In this document: positions 22,246-32,114 of the stretch, piece by piece | Position numbering within the stretch: position 1 is the stretch's first letter | Layout of the letters: every line of letters starts with the position of its first letter | Made by a program: the position numbers and the translations under genes | Notes under the pieces: model-generated | What the model saw: only the letters and a program-made list of their open reading frames with translations | What the model was told of the DNA's origin: nothing | Databases searched by the model: none | NCBI GenBank assembly: GCA_965279525.1 | Contig: CBDIIB010000005.1 | Location: forward strand, 1,760,001 to 1,824,000 | Direction of reading: 5' to 3' | Length of the DNA: 64,000 nucleotides | Origin: Tagaea sp. | Lineage (GTDB): Bacteria; Pseudomonadota; Alphaproteobacteria; CACIAM-22H2

Positions 22246-22398
22246 ATGCTGTCACTTGCCCGCGAACTCTGGGAATTCATGAAGGTTCGCAAGAAATTCT
22301 GGCTGCTGCCGATCCTGCTGATGATGGGGATCTTCGGCGGCCTGATCGTGCTGACCAAGGGCAGCGCCATCGCGCCCTTCATCTACACGATCTTCTAG
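22246..22398 (+). CDS. DUF5989/SxtK-like 50-aa membrane peptide (not in ORF track)
   Basis: Translated by hand: MLSLARELWEFMKVRKKFWLLPILLMMGIFGGLIVLTKGSAIAPFIYTIF; AAGGA RBS. Confidence 0.85.
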   Translation: MLSLARELWEFMKVRKKFWLLPILLMMGIFGGLIVLTKGSAIAPFIYTIF

Positions 22399-22405
22399 GA
22401 AACCG

Positions 22406-24243
22406 ATGCGCATCCTCGGCCTGTCCGCGTACTACCACGATTCCGCCGCCGCCCTCGTCGTCGACGGGCGCATCGTCGCGGCCGCCCAGGAAGAGCGCTT
22501 CACCCGCAAGAAGCACGACAGCCGCTATCCATCGAGCGCGATCGCGTACTGCCTGGAAGCCGGCGGCATCGCGGCCGGCGACGTCGACCATGTCGTCTTC
22601 TACGACAAGCCGTTCCTGAAGTTCGAACGGCTGCTCGAGACCTACCTCGCCTTCGCGCCCCGCGGTTTCAAGTCGTTCCGCATGGCGATCCCGGTCTGGC
22701 TCAAGGAGAAGCTCTTCCAGAAGAAGCTGCTCGGCGACGAGCTGATGGCGGCTGCCCCCGAGTTCGACTGGGAGAACCGCCTGCTGTTCGCCGAGCACCA
22801 CCAGAGCCATGCCGCCTCCGCCTTCTTCCCCTCGCCGTTCGAGGAAGCGCTGGTGCTGACGATGGACGGCGTGGGCGAATGGGCGACCACGTCGGTCGGG
22901 ATCGGGCGCGGCAATTCGCTGGAGATGATCCGCGAGATCCACTTCCCGCATTCGCTGGGGCTGCTCTATTCGGCCTTCACCTACTACACGGGCTTCAAGG
23001 TCAATTCGGGCGAATACAAGGTGATGGGCCTCGCCCCCTACGGCGAACCCAAATACGTGAAGCAGATCTTCGAGCATCTGGTCGACCTCAAGGCCGACGG
23101 TTCGTTCCGTCTCAACATGGACTATTTCGACTACTGCACCGGCCTCACGATGACGAACGCGAAGTTCGACCGGCTGTTCGGCTCGCCGCCGCGCGGGCCC
23201 GAGCAGCGCCTCGACCAGCGCCACATGGATCTCGCCGCCTCGGTGCAGGCGGCCCTCGAAGAGATCGTGCTGCGCCTGACGCGTTCGCTGCAGGCCGAGA
23301 CGGGCATGAAGAACCTGTGCCTCGCCGGCGGCGTGGCGCTCAATTGCGTGGCCAACGGCAAGGTGCTGCGCGACGGCAAATGGGACAATATCTGGATCCA
23401 GCCGGCGTCCGGCGATGCGGGCGGTGCGCTGGGGGCGGCCCTTGCGGGCTACCACCTGTTCAAGGGCGGTGCGCGCACGGCCGACGGCAAGAAGGATTCG
23501 ATGCAAGGGTGCGTATCTTGGCCCCGAGTTCGCGCAAGACCAGATCGAGAAGCGCCTGACGGCGGCTGGCGCCAAGTTCGAGGTGCTGAATGATGAAGCG
23601 CTGATCCAGCGCGCGTCCGCCGATCTTGCCTCGGGGCTGGCGCTGGGCTGGTTCCAGGGCCGCATGGAATTCGGGCCGCGGGCACTCGGCGGGCGTTCGA
23701 TCCTGGGCGACGCGCGCAGCCCGGCGATGCAGAAGATGCTCAACCTCAAGGTCAAGTACCGCGAGAGCTTCCGCCCCTTCGCCCCCTCGGTGCTGCGCGA
23801 GGACGTTTCCGACTGGTTCGAGATCGACTGCGATTCGCCCTACATGCTTCTCGTCGCCGACGTGCAGAAGTCGCGCCGGCGCGCGATGACGGCCGGCCGA
23901 GCAGGCGCTGTTCGGCATCGACAAGCTCAACGTGCCGCGCTCGGACATCCCGGCGGTCACGCATGTCGACTATTCGGCGCGCGTCCAGACGGTGCATGCC
24001 GACACCAACCCGCGCTACCACGCGCTCATTTCCGCGTTCAAGGCGGCAACGGGCTGCCCCGTGATCGTCAACACGAGCTTCAACGTGCGCGGCGAACCCA
24101 TCGTCGGCTCGCCCGAGGACGCGTTCCGCTGCTTCATGGGCTCCGAAATCGAGCGCCTCGCGGTCGGGAACTGCTATCTGGTCAAGGACGTGCAGGACCC
24201 GGCGCTGAAACTCGACTACAAGGACGCCTTCGAACTCGATTAG
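22406..24243 (+). CDS. O-carbamoyltransferase (NodU/CmcH/SxtI family), two apparent frameshifts (~23508, ~23895)
   Basis: YYHDSAA, EHHQSHA, DGVGE, GEYKVMGLA, GGVALN, EFGPRALG, RESFRPFAP, NTSFN. Confidence 0.9.
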
Positions 24244-24298
24244 GCCGTTCGCCGGGCGGGCGTATACTTTTCGCGGTCCCGAGTCGAACCGGAATGTG

Positions 24299-24700
24299 AT
24301 GAAGAAGCCGCCGCCCGATCCCAAAGCCGACATGTATCTCGCCAAGGCCAAGCGCTTCCGCCAGCGTGCACTCGGCTTCCGCCACACGCTTGCGCGCGAC
24401 GACCTGATGCGCGCCCACCGGCTCGAACTCGAGCAGATGGTGACCAACCTCGAAGGGGCCGCCCGCCAGCTCGAGCGCATGGCCGGCGGCGTCGATTTCG
24501 AGATGGAAAGCGACCTTGCCCGCGTGCGCGCCATCCGCGACGGCAAGCCGGTCACCGCCGACGAGGCGACCGAACGCTTCCTTGCCAACGCCCGGAAATA
24601 CGCCGCCGCCAAGGGCGGTGCCGGCCGGCCGGCGACCACGCCGTCGCCGGGTCGCCAGAAGCCGCGTTCGGCCAAATACACCCGCCGGCCGGGGAGTTAG
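24299..24700 (+). CDS. Hypothetical basic protein
   Basis: 133-aa ORF with host-like codon usage filling the intergenic space. Confidence 0.6.
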   Translation: MKKPPPDPKADMYLAKAKRFRQRALGFRHTLARDDLMRAHRLELEQMVTNLEGAARQLERMAGGVDFEMESDLARVRAIRDGKPVTADEATERFLANARKYAAAKGGAGRPATTPSPGRQKPRSAKYTRRPGS

Positions 24701-24709
24701 GCCCGGGGG

Positions 24710-24738
24710 CTTGATGGCCGCCCGGGGCATGGCCATAT
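24710..24738 (+). promoter_or_regulatory. Putative RpoH (sigma32) promoter of hsp20
   Basis: CTTGAT-N17-CCATAT. Confidence 0.65.
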
Positions 24739-24747
24739 TGTGGGGGA

Positions 24748-24820
24748 GGAAGTCGCCCGTCTTCGGGGGCTTCCGACCGAACGCAACCGGCATTGCTCGA
24801 CGGGAGGGTGCCAGACGATG
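24748..24820 (+). ncRNA. ROSE-type RNA thermometer
   Basis: 5' hairpin GGAAG...CTTCC (24748-24774); 3' hairpin GGCA-TTGCTC-loop-GAGGG-TGCC (24789-24812) with the UUGCU motif pairing over the SD. Confidence 0.7.
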
Positions 24821-25279
24821 TCCCGCCTATCGCTTTTCAACAATCCGCTGCTGCTGGGTTTCGACGAGTTCGAGCGCACGCTCGACCGCATCGCCAAGCA
24901 TTCCGGCGAAGGCTACCCGCCCTACAACATCGAGCAGATCGGCGAGAACGGCCTGCGCATCACGCTGGCCGTCGCCGGCTTCACGCTCGACGACCTGTCG
25001 ATCCTCGTGGAGAACAACCAGCTCGCCGTGCGCGGCCGCCAGGCCGACGAGCCGGGCCGCGTGTTCGTCCATCGCGGCATCGCGGCCCGCCAGTTCCAGC
25101 GCAGCTTCGTGCTGGCCGACGGCATCGAGGTCGTCGGCTCGACGCTCGACAACGGGCTGCTGCACATCGATCTCGTGCGCCCGAACCCCGAACCCAAGGC
25201 GCGCTCGATCCCGATCAAGCCGGGTGCCGGCGGGGCCGCGCGCAGCAAGACCATCGACCACGGAACAGGCGAGGGCTGA
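24818..25279 (+). CDS. Small heat shock protein (Hsp20/IbpA family)
   Basis: LLGFD, YPPYNIE, LAVAGF, HRGIAARQF, NGLLHI. Confidence 0.93.
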   Translation: MSRLSLFNNPLLLGFDEFERTLDRIAKHSGEGYPPYNIEQIGENGLRITLAVAGFTLDDLSILVENNQLAVRGRQADEPGRVFVHRGIAARQFQRSFVLADGIEVVGSTLDNGLLHIDLVRPNPEPKARSIPIKPGAGGAARSKTIDHGTGEG

Positions 25280-25281
25280 CG

Positions 25282-25521
25282 ATGAACATCGATTCTTCCC
25301 GCACCGCAGCCATGACGCCCGAAGCCTTCGCCTCGCTCGGCGTGCAGGGTGTCGCCTATGTCCGGCGCATTCTCGAAACCGCCGAAGCCAAGGGCAGCGA
25401 GCCGATCGTCGTGTTCGCGATCCATGCGGCCGACGGCGAGCGCATCGGCGGCGCGCATTCGCGCGATATCGCCTTCGCCGCGATCCGCCAGAACGGGCTG
25501 GAGCCCGTCGACGCGCACTGA
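25282..25521 (+). CDS. DUF1150 family protein
   Basis: VAYVR, FAIHAADGE, C-terminal VDAH; usual neighbour of hsp20. Confidence 0.78.
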   Translation: MNIDSSRTAAMTPEAFASLGVQGVAYVRRILETAEAKGSEPIVVFAIHAADGERIGGAHSRDIAFAAIRQNGLEPVDAH

Positions 25522-25527
25522 GTTGTG

Positions 25528-25992
25528 CTAGGCGGCGTGGCTCGCCGCGTGTTCGCTGAGCAGTGCGAACAAGGCTTCGGCGCGATCGGAGCCGCGCAGC
25601 TTCTCGCACACGCGCCGGTCGCGCAGCAGGCGCGAGACGCGTGCCAGCGCCTTCAGGTGGTCGGCACCGGCACCTTCGGGAGCCAGCAGCAGGAAAATCA
25701 GGTCGACCGGCTGCTCGTCGATCGATTCGAAATCGATCGGCTTTTCCAGGCGCGCGAACACGCCCGACAGGCGCTTCAGCCCCGGCAGCTTGCCGTGCGG
25801 GATCGCGATGCCGTTGCCCACGCCCGTGGTGCCCAGCCGTTCGCGCTCCATCACCACTTCCAGGATCTGGCGCTCGTCGGCACCGGAAATCTCGGCCGCC
25901 TTCTTCGCCAGTTCCTGCAGCGCCTGCTTCTTCGACGTCGCGCGCAGGCTGGCGATCACGCATTCGGGTGACATGAATTCGGTGAATTCCAT
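25528..25992 (-). CDS. ptsN: PTS IIA nitrogen-regulatory protein
   Basis: RERLGTTGVGNGIAIPHG. Confidence 0.93.
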   Translation of the reverse strand: MEFTEFMSPECVIASLRATSKKQALQELAKKAAEISGADERQILEVVMERERLGTTGVGNGIAIPHGKLPGLKRLSGVFARLEKPIDFESIDEQPVDLIFLLLAPEGAGADHLKALARVSRLLRDRRVCEKLRGSDRAEALFALLSEHAASHAA

Positions 25993-26010
25993 TTGGCTCT
26001 TATCCCGTTT

Positions 26011-26607
26011 TCAGCGCTTCGCGCCGCTGGCGTTTGCCGCACCCGGATCGATCCAGCCGATCGCCGCATCGGCGCGTCGGTAGACCACGTTGAGTTCCCC
26101 GTTGGCGCGGTTGCGGAACATCAGGACCTGCTTCTGGCCCAGATCGAGGCGTGCCACCGCTTCGCCAACGCTGAGCGTGGCGATCTCGGTCGCCATCTCG
26201 GCGACGATGGGGGCTGCCGCCGGCTCGTTGGCGAGGCTCTCGGCCTCCGGTTCGATCACCGCATAGCGCGCGGCCTCGAACACGACTTCGTCGGCCGCCT
26301 GGTGCTTGCCGCGCTTGCGGTCGGCGATGCGGCCCTTGTGGCGCTTCAGCCGGTGATCGAGCCGTTCGACGGCCCCGTCGAATGCGGCATAGGGATCGGC
26401 CGCTTCGTGGTGGCTCTGCAGCGTCATGCCGCGCCGGACATGCACCGAGATGTCGGCGCGGAAGATATGGCGCTGGCGCTCGAACACGACCTTGCCCTCG
26501 ATCGCCTTGCCGAAATAGCGGTCGACGGCACCGCCGAGGGCGGTTGCGACATGGCTTCTCAGCGAATCGCCCACGTCGAGGCGCTTGCCGCTCACGGACA
26601 GCTGCAT
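26011..26607 (-). CDS. hpf: Ribosome hibernation factor (long HPF/RaiA)
   Basis: VSGKRLDVGDSL, RLKRHK, NVVYRRAD..IGWIDP; downstream of rpoN. Confidence 0.92.
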   Translation of the reverse strand: MQLSVSGKRLDVGDSLRSHVATALGGAVDRYFGKAIEGKVVFERQRHIFRADISVHVRRGMTLQSHHEAADPYAAFDGAVERLDHRLKRHKGRIADRKRGKHQAADEVVFEAARYAVIEPEAESLANEPAAAPIVAEMATEIATLSVGEAVARLDLGQKQVLMFRNRANGELNVVYRRADAAIGWIDPGAANASGAKR

Positions 26608-26698
26608 GATTTCGATCTGCGTTTCGGTTGAAGGAAAAGGTTTCGGGACCAGCCCGCAACACGCCCACGTGCCCCATGACCCCTGGAATTGGCGGGAA

Positions 26699-26727
26699 CA
26701 TAGGGGCGCTGGCCGTTCTTCGTCAAG
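26699..26727 (-). promoter_or_regulatory. Putative RpoH-type promoter of hpf
   Basis: Minus strand CTTGAC-N15-CCCCTATG. Confidence 0.5.
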
Positions 26728-26835
26728 CTGGACGAAATGCTGCGAATTCGCATCAAGGCCCTACCTGGGAAAAAGCGTGCGCCCCGGCCTGCCCGGGGTC
26801 AAGCGGTTTCGCGCGCGTGCAGATGGCGCGCATTT

Positions 26836-28368
26836 TCAGAAGCCCGAACCTTTTTCGCGCCGGCGCTGGACCGACGAGGCGATCCCCATCGCTTCGCGAT
26901 ACTTGGCGACCGTGCGCCGCGCGATGTCGATGCCGCTGGACTTCAGCAGTTCGACGATGCGGTCGTCGGACAGCACCTCGCGCACGGTCTCGGCGTCGAT
27001 CAGGCCCTTGATGCGGTGGCGCACCGCTTCGGCCGAATGCGCCTCGCCGCCGCCCGATGCCGGGATCGACGAGGTGAAGAAGTACTTCAGTTCGAAGATG
27101 CCGTGCGGTGTCGCGATGAACTTGTTGGTCGTCACGCGGCTGACGGTCGATTCGTGCATGTCGATCGCCGCGGCGATGTCGCGAAGGACCAGCGGCTTCA
27201 GGTGGCGCACGCCCGAGCGGAAGAAGCCGTCCTGCTGGCGCACGATCTCGACCGAGACTTTCAGGATCGTCTGCGCGCGCTGGTGCAGCGACTTCACCAG
27301 CCAGTTGGCCGCATGCAGGCGCTCGGCGATGAATTCCTTTTCCTGCTTGTTCTTGACCGACGTCTGCACGCGCGCGTGATAGCGCGTGTTGACGAGCACG
27401 CGCGGCAGCGTGTCCTGGTTGAGCTCCACGATCCAGCTGCGGTCGGGGGCCAGGCGCATCAGCACGTCGGGCACGATGGGGCTGGCGAGCGCTCCGTCGA
27501 AGGCGAGGCCGGGCTTGGGGTCGAGCGTGCGGATTTCGGCGACCATGTCCTGGATGTCCTCGACATCCACGCCGCACAGGCGCTGGAGCTGGGCCACGTC
27601 GCGCTTGGCGAGCAGGTCGAGATTGTCGAGGAGCTTGGCCATGCACGGGTCGAGCCGGTCGCGCTCGCGAAGCTGGAGTGCGAGGCACTCCTTCAGGCTG
27701 CGCGCGAAGATGCCGGGCGGATCGAAGCGCTGGCAGCGCAGCAGCACGCGCTCGACCTCGTCCGTCGCGATCCCGAGCTTGTCGGCAAGTTCCGCGATGT
27801 CGGTCGTGAGATACCCGCAATCGTCGATCAGGTCGACGAGGCGTGCGGCGATGACGCGCTCGACCGGCTCGGCGAAATCCACGCCGACCTGGCCCAGCAG
27901 GTGCTCGCGCAGCGAGACCTGCTTGGCGAGCGTCTGCTCGAGGCCGAATTCGGAATCCTCGAAATCCGAGCGCCCGCCGGTCCCCTTCCATTCGCCGAGG
28001 AACTCGCCCTCGCCGGCGGGTTCGTCGGCACCGCGCGTGAAGCTGTTGTCGTAGTCGATGTCGAGCGCGGCTTCCTTGGTCTCGGCGGCACCACCGACCG
28101 GGTCGAGCAGGCGCTCTTCGCCCGCCACGGTGGCACTTGCCGGCGCTTCGCCGGAGCCGGCGTCGGCGATCTCGGGGGCCGCACTCTCGGCACCCGGCTC
28201 GTCGCGCTCGAGCAGCGGGTTCTGCGACAGCTCCTCCTCGACGAACTGCGAGACTTCCTGGTTGGAGAGCTGCAGCAGCTTGATCGCCTGCTGCAGCTGC
28301 GGCGTCATGACGAGCTGCTGGCTCTGGCGCAGGTCGAGCCGCGGGGCGAGGCGGTTCATGCCGGCCAT
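26836..28368 (-). CDS. rpoN: RNA polymerase sigma-54
   Basis: QLQQAIKLLQL, HESTVSR, RpoN box ARRTVAKYRE. Confidence 0.97.
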   Translation of the reverse strand: MAGMNRLAPRLDLRQSQQLVMTPQLQQAIKLLQLSNQEVSQFVEEELSQNPLLERDEPGAESAAPEIADAGSGEAPASATVAGEERLLDPVGGAAETKEAALDIDYDNSFTRGADEPAGEGEFLGEWKGTGGRSDFEDSEFGLEQTLAKQVSLREHLLGQVGVDFAEPVERVIAARLVDLIDDCGYLTTDIAELADKLGIATDEVERVLLRCQRFDPPGIFARSLKECLALQLRERDRLDPCMAKLLDNLDLLAKRDVAQLQRLCGVDVEDIQDMVAEIRTLDPKPGLAFDGALASPIVPDVLMRLAPDRSWIVELNQDTLPRVLVNTRYHARVQTSVKNKQEKEFIAERLHAANWLVKSLHQRAQTILKVSVEIVRQQDGFFRSGVRHLKPLVLRDIAAAIDMHESTVSRVTTNKFIATPHGIFELKYFFTSSIPASGGGEAHSAEAVRHRIKGLIDAETVREVLSDDRIVELLKSSGIDIARRTVAKYREAMGIASSVQRRREKGSGF

Positions 28369-28375
28369 GCCCCGC

Positions 28376-29176
28376 TCATAGCGAGAAGCGCTCGCCCAGA
28401 TAGACGCGTCGCACGTCCGACGACGCGACGATCTGCTCGGGCGTGCCGCCCATCAGGACCTGCCCGTCATGCAGGATGTAGGCGCGATCCACGATCTCGA
28501 GCGTCTCGCGCACGTTGTGGTCGGTGATCAGCACGCCGATGCCGCGGTCCTTCAGGTGGCTGACGAGATCGCGGATGTCGCCGACGGCGATCGGATCGAT
28601 GCCGGCGAGCGGCTCGTCGAGCAGCACGAAGTGCGGCTGGGAGGCGAGGGCCCGCGCGATCTCCACGCGCCGGCGCTCGCCGCCCGAGAGGGCGAGAGCC
28701 GGGGCCCGGCGCAGATGCGTGATCGAGAATTCGGCGAGGAGTTCGTCGAGCACGGTCTCGCGCCGGTCGCGGTTGGGCTCGATGAGCTCGAGCACCGCGC
28801 GCACGTTCTGTTCGACGGTGAGGCCGCGGAAGATCGAGGTCTCCTGCGGCAGGTAGCCGATCCCCAGCCGCGCGCGCCGGTACATCGGCAGGTCTGTGAT
28901 GTCCACGCCGTCGAGCTGGATCGAGCCGAAGTCCGGCGTGACGAGGCCGGTGATCATGTAGAAGCACGTCGTCTTGCCCGCCCCGTTGGGGCCGAGCAGG
29001 CCGACCGCTTCGCCGCGCTGGACGCTGATCGATACTTCGCGCACGACCGGCCGGCCCTTGTAGCGCTTGCCGATCTTGTGGACGACGAGGCCCGGATTGT
29101 CGGCGACGACGCGCAGCTTCGATTCCGCCGCCGGGGCGGGCGTGGCCGTGCGCACGGGATGCGGACGGTCGGTCAT
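28376..29176 (-). CDS. lptB: LPS export ABC ATPase
   Basis: GPNGAGKT, YLPQE, LSGGERRR, ITDHNVRETL. Confidence 0.95.
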   Translation of the reverse strand: MTDRPHPVRTATPAPAAESKLRVVADNPGLVVHKIGKRYKGRPVVREVSISVQRGEAVGLLGPNGAGKTTCFYMITGLVTPDFGSIQLDGVDITDLPMYRRARLGIGYLPQETSIFRGLTVEQNVRAVLELIEPNRDRRETVLDELLAEFSITHLRRAPALALSGGERRRVEIARALASQPHFVLLDEPLAGIDPIAVGDIRDLVSHLKDRGIGVLITDHNVRETLEIVDRAYILHDGQVLMGGTPEQIVASSDVRRVYLGERFSL

Positions 29177-30078
29177 TGCCGGGGCCGTCCCTGCTGGGCC
29201 TGCTGGGGTACCAGCAGGCCGCGCACGCGCCCGTCGCCGCCTTCGGCCGGGCGCGCCAGCAGGCGCGAGATGCCGGTGTTCGTGTTGACCTCGGCGAAGT
29301 CGCCGGCCATCTGGTTGTCGCCGCGCGTCAGCTTCACGTTGCCGGCGAGCTGGGCGATGCCGGTCAGCATGTTGTAGATGCCGCGGTCGCCGCGCGCGAT
29401 CTCGGTCGGCGTCGAGACATGCACGTTGCCGAACGCCTCGATGCGCGACAGGCGCTGGTCGCCGCCGGATGCGGGTGCGGGCGCCGGCGCGTTGCGCTGT
29501 GCGGACCGCGCGTTGCGCGCCGGCGGGGCGGCGGGCCGTGCCGCGGCCGGCTGGGCTTGCGTGAAGTGGGCGGTCATCACGTCGGCGGACATGCGCCGGT
29601 CGGCCGAGACGACCATCGCGTTGCCGCGCGCCACGGCGATCTCGCGCGCGGCCCAGTATTCGAGCGTGTCGCGCGCGGTCAGCGTGTCGGTCGGCGTGGT
29701 CATGCGCAGCGCCTTGCCGGTCACGACGACGACTTCGCTCGTCACGTCGTAGACGCCGCGGTCGCCCTCGACCGTCTGCGTGGGCGTCGTGAACTTGACG
29801 TTGCCGAGCGCTTCGTAGCGGAAGATCTCGGTGCCGCCGGTCGCGGCCGGGCGATACCAGGCGACCAGCCGGTCGCCGCGCACGGTCGTGTCGCCCTGGC
29901 GGGCGACCGCGTCGCCGGTCGCGATGTAGCGCTGCGCGTCGCGGTCCCACTCGATGCCGTTGCTGGCGGTGATCTCGATCGGAGCACCGGAGCCGCCGCG
30001 CCCGATATCGAGCGCCTGCGCCAGCAGCGTTGCCGGCAATGTGGCGAGAAGGGCGATGGCGGCGAAAAGGGATTTCAT
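29173..30078 (-). CDS. lptA: LptA/OstA family LPS transport protein (two OstA-like repeats)
   Basis: Signal peptide, repeated A.GNV...G beta-jellyroll motifs, GRVRGL; lies between lptC and lptB. Confidence 0.85.
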   Translation of the reverse strand: MKSLFAAIALLATLPATLLAQALDIGRGGSGAPIEITASNGIEWDRDAQRYIATGDAVARQGDTTVRGDRLVAWYRPAATGGTEIFRYEALGNVKFTTPTQTVEGDRGVYDVTSEVVVVTGKALRMTTPTDTLTARDTLEYWAAREIAVARGNAMVVSADRRMSADVMTAHFTQAQPAAARPAAPPARNARSAQRNAPAPAPASGGDQRLSRIEAFGNVHVSTPTEIARGDRGIYNMLTGIAQLAGNVKLTRGDNQMAGDFAEVNTNTGISRLLARPAEGGDGRVRGLLVPQQAQQGRPRQ

Positions 30079-30869
30079 CGGCGGGGCCCCATCTGCGGCG
30101 GCGGCGGAGCCTGCTGGGCCGTCTGCGGGCCCGACGGCACGTTGCGCGGCATGGGGAACAGCACGATGCGCGACTTGCCCGTCACCTCGACGCGTGCGCC
30201 GCGATCGAGGATGCGGAAGCCCGTGCCGCTCAGCTGCGAGTTCGGCCCCTGGCCCTGCACGGGAAGGTCGCCCTGCGCCATGCCGCGATCGAGATCGATG
30301 CGCGCGCGCTCGGTGGTGATCTCGTAGCCGCCGTCGTGATAGAGGCTGACCGCACCCCAGAGATCGAGCGCTTTTTCCGCCTGCTGGTAGACCCCGTGGT
30401 CGGCCGTCATCGCCAGCCACGTGCCCGAGGCCATCGCGAGATCGCCCTGCGGCGAGGCAAGATCGGTCGTGTCGGACGAGCCCTTGGCCTGCGTGGCCTG
30501 CTCGGCGACGATCGTGAAAGGCTGGTTGCGCTCGTCGACGCCGACATAGCGCGGCTGGACCATGCGCAGGTTCTCGAGATCCTCGATCGACACCTGCACG
30601 GGGGCGAGCCGGAAGCGCGGATCGAGCGGATTGAACTGCGGCCACAGCAGCACGAGGGCCGCGATGCCCATCGCCGCCGCCGGCAGCACGAACTTCATCA
30701 GGCCGACGAGCTGGCTGTAGAGCTGGTTGTGCGCGCGCGGCGTGCCGGGGGCGAGCACGGCCAGGCGCGCGCGGCGCGACGGCACGTCGTCCTCGCCCGG
30801 ACGCGCGACTGACACCGGCACGGGCCGCGGCGGAACCAGACCGTCGTCGCGCAGCGGATCGCTCGCCAT
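30075..30869 (-). CDS. lptC: LPS export periplasmic protein
   Basis: Single TM, MVQPRYVG, V.GQGP..GTGFRI; synteny. Confidence 0.85.
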   Translation of the reverse strand: MASDPLRDDGLVPPRPVPVSVARPGEDDVPSRRARLAVLAPGTPRAHNQLYSQLVGLMKFVLPAAAMGIAALVLLWPQFNPLDPRFRLAPVQVSIEDLENLRMVQPRYVGVDERNQPFTIVAEQATQAKGSSDTTDLASPQGDLAMASGTWLAMTADHGVYQQAEKALDLWGAVSLYHDGGYEITTERARIDLDRGMAQGDLPVQGQGPNSQLSGTGFRILDRGARVEVTGKSRIVLFPMPRNVPSGPQTAQQAPPPPQMGPRR

Positions 30870-31873
30870 CAGGCGACCCCCGCGCGCAGCAGGTCGTGGA
30901 TATGCACGATGCCCACGGGCCGGCGCCGCTTGCCTTGCGTCTCGCACGCGAACAGCGCCGTGATCTGGTGGGTGTTCATCAGGTTGAGCGCTTCGGCCGC
31001 CAGCGTGTCGGGGGCGACGGCGCGGGGATTGGCGGTCATCACGGTCTCGACCGGCCGGTCGAGCAGGTCGGGCGACATGTGCCGGCGAAGGTCGCCGTCG
31101 GTGACGATGCCTTCGAGCCAGCCTTCGGCATCGACCACGGCCACGCAGCCGAAACGCTTCTCGGTCATGCCGATCAGCACGTCCGCCATGCGCGTGCCGC
31201 GCACGGCAAGCGGCAGGTCGGCATGCATGAGGTCGGCGACCTTGGCCAGGCGTGCGCCCAGGCTGCCGCGCGGATGGAACCTGCTGAAATGTTCGGCCGT
31301 GAACCCGCGCCGCTCCATCAGCGCCACGGCGACCGCATCGCCGAGTGCCAGCTGCATGGTCGTCGACGTGGTGGGGGCAAGGCCCACCGGGCAGGCTTCT
31401 TCGGCCGGCGGCAGCAGGAGCACGACGTCGGCGGCGATGCCCAGTGCCGACTGGCGCTTTGCGGTCATCGCGACGAGCGGGATGGCGAAGCGGCGCGTGT
31501 AACCGACCAGGTCGGAAAGCTCGGCCGTCTCGCCGGAATTGGAAAGGGCGAGCACCGCGTCGGCCGGAGTGATCATGCCGAGATCGCCGTGGCTGGCTTC
31601 GGCCGGATGGACGAACTGGGCGGGCGTGCCGGTGGAGGCGAGGGTGGCCGCGATCTTGCGCGCGACATGGCCCGACTTGCCCATGCCCGAGACGACGACG
31701 CGCCCGGTGGCGCCCGCGAACAGGTCGAGGGCGCGCACGAATTCGCCGTCGAGGCTCGCCTCGAGGGCGGCAAGTCCGGTGCGCTCGACCTGGATGGCCC
31801 GGCGCGCGACGGCCAGATCGCGCTGGGCGCGGTCGGCGTCGGGGGCGACAAGCTTCGGCTTGGACGCTGACAT
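30869..31873 (-). CDS. kdsD: Arabinose-5-phosphate isomerase (KpsF/GutQ)
   Basis: GMGKSGH, HPAEASHGDLG, APTTST, CBS pair. Confidence 0.93.
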   Translation of the reverse strand: MSASKPKLVAPDADRAQRDLAVARRAIQVERTGLAALEASLDGEFVRALDLFAGATGRVVVSGMGKSGHVARKIAATLASTGTPAQFVHPAEASHGDLGMITPADAVLALSNSGETAELSDLVGYTRRFAIPLVAMTAKRQSALGIAADVVLLLPPAEEACPVGLAPTTSTTMQLALGDAVAVALMERRGFTAEHFSRFHPRGSLGARLAKVADLMHADLPLAVRGTRMADVLIGMTEKRFGCVAVVDAEGWLEGIVTDGDLRRHMSPDLLDRPVETVMTANPRAVAPDTLAAEALNLMNTHQITALFACETQGKRRRPVGIVHIHDLLRAGVA

Positions 31874-32114
31874 TCTGGGGTTACCGGTCGTTCCTGAAGA
31901 AGGAGGCCTGCACGAAGGACGCGAAGGTGCGGCTCGACCGGACCTTGCGTAAGGCAAAAAGTATGCCTGTTCTGATGCTGCGAAGTCAAATGTCCTAAAT
32001 ATATGATTTAATTAACTAATTACCAGTCAAGCAATCTTCTTGGGCAGGGTGTGACAAAAACCGGCGGCCCGCGTCGGGCGTTTCATGCTGCGTTGCAGCA
32101 AGCCGGCCCGGCAA

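Noticed and set aside
21799-24243. Saxitoxin biosynthesis
   Set aside because: Only sxtI/J/K-like homologues; core genes such as sxtA and sxtG are absent from the window
26608-26835. Sigma54 promoter upstream of hpf
   Set aside because: No correctly spaced GG-N10-GC with TGGCAC/TTGC context found; an RpoH-like match fits better
31995-32025. CtrA box in the AT-rich patch upstream of kdsD (also 36185-36198)
   Set aside because: Only partial matches to TTAA-N7-TTAA; spacing or half-sites are off
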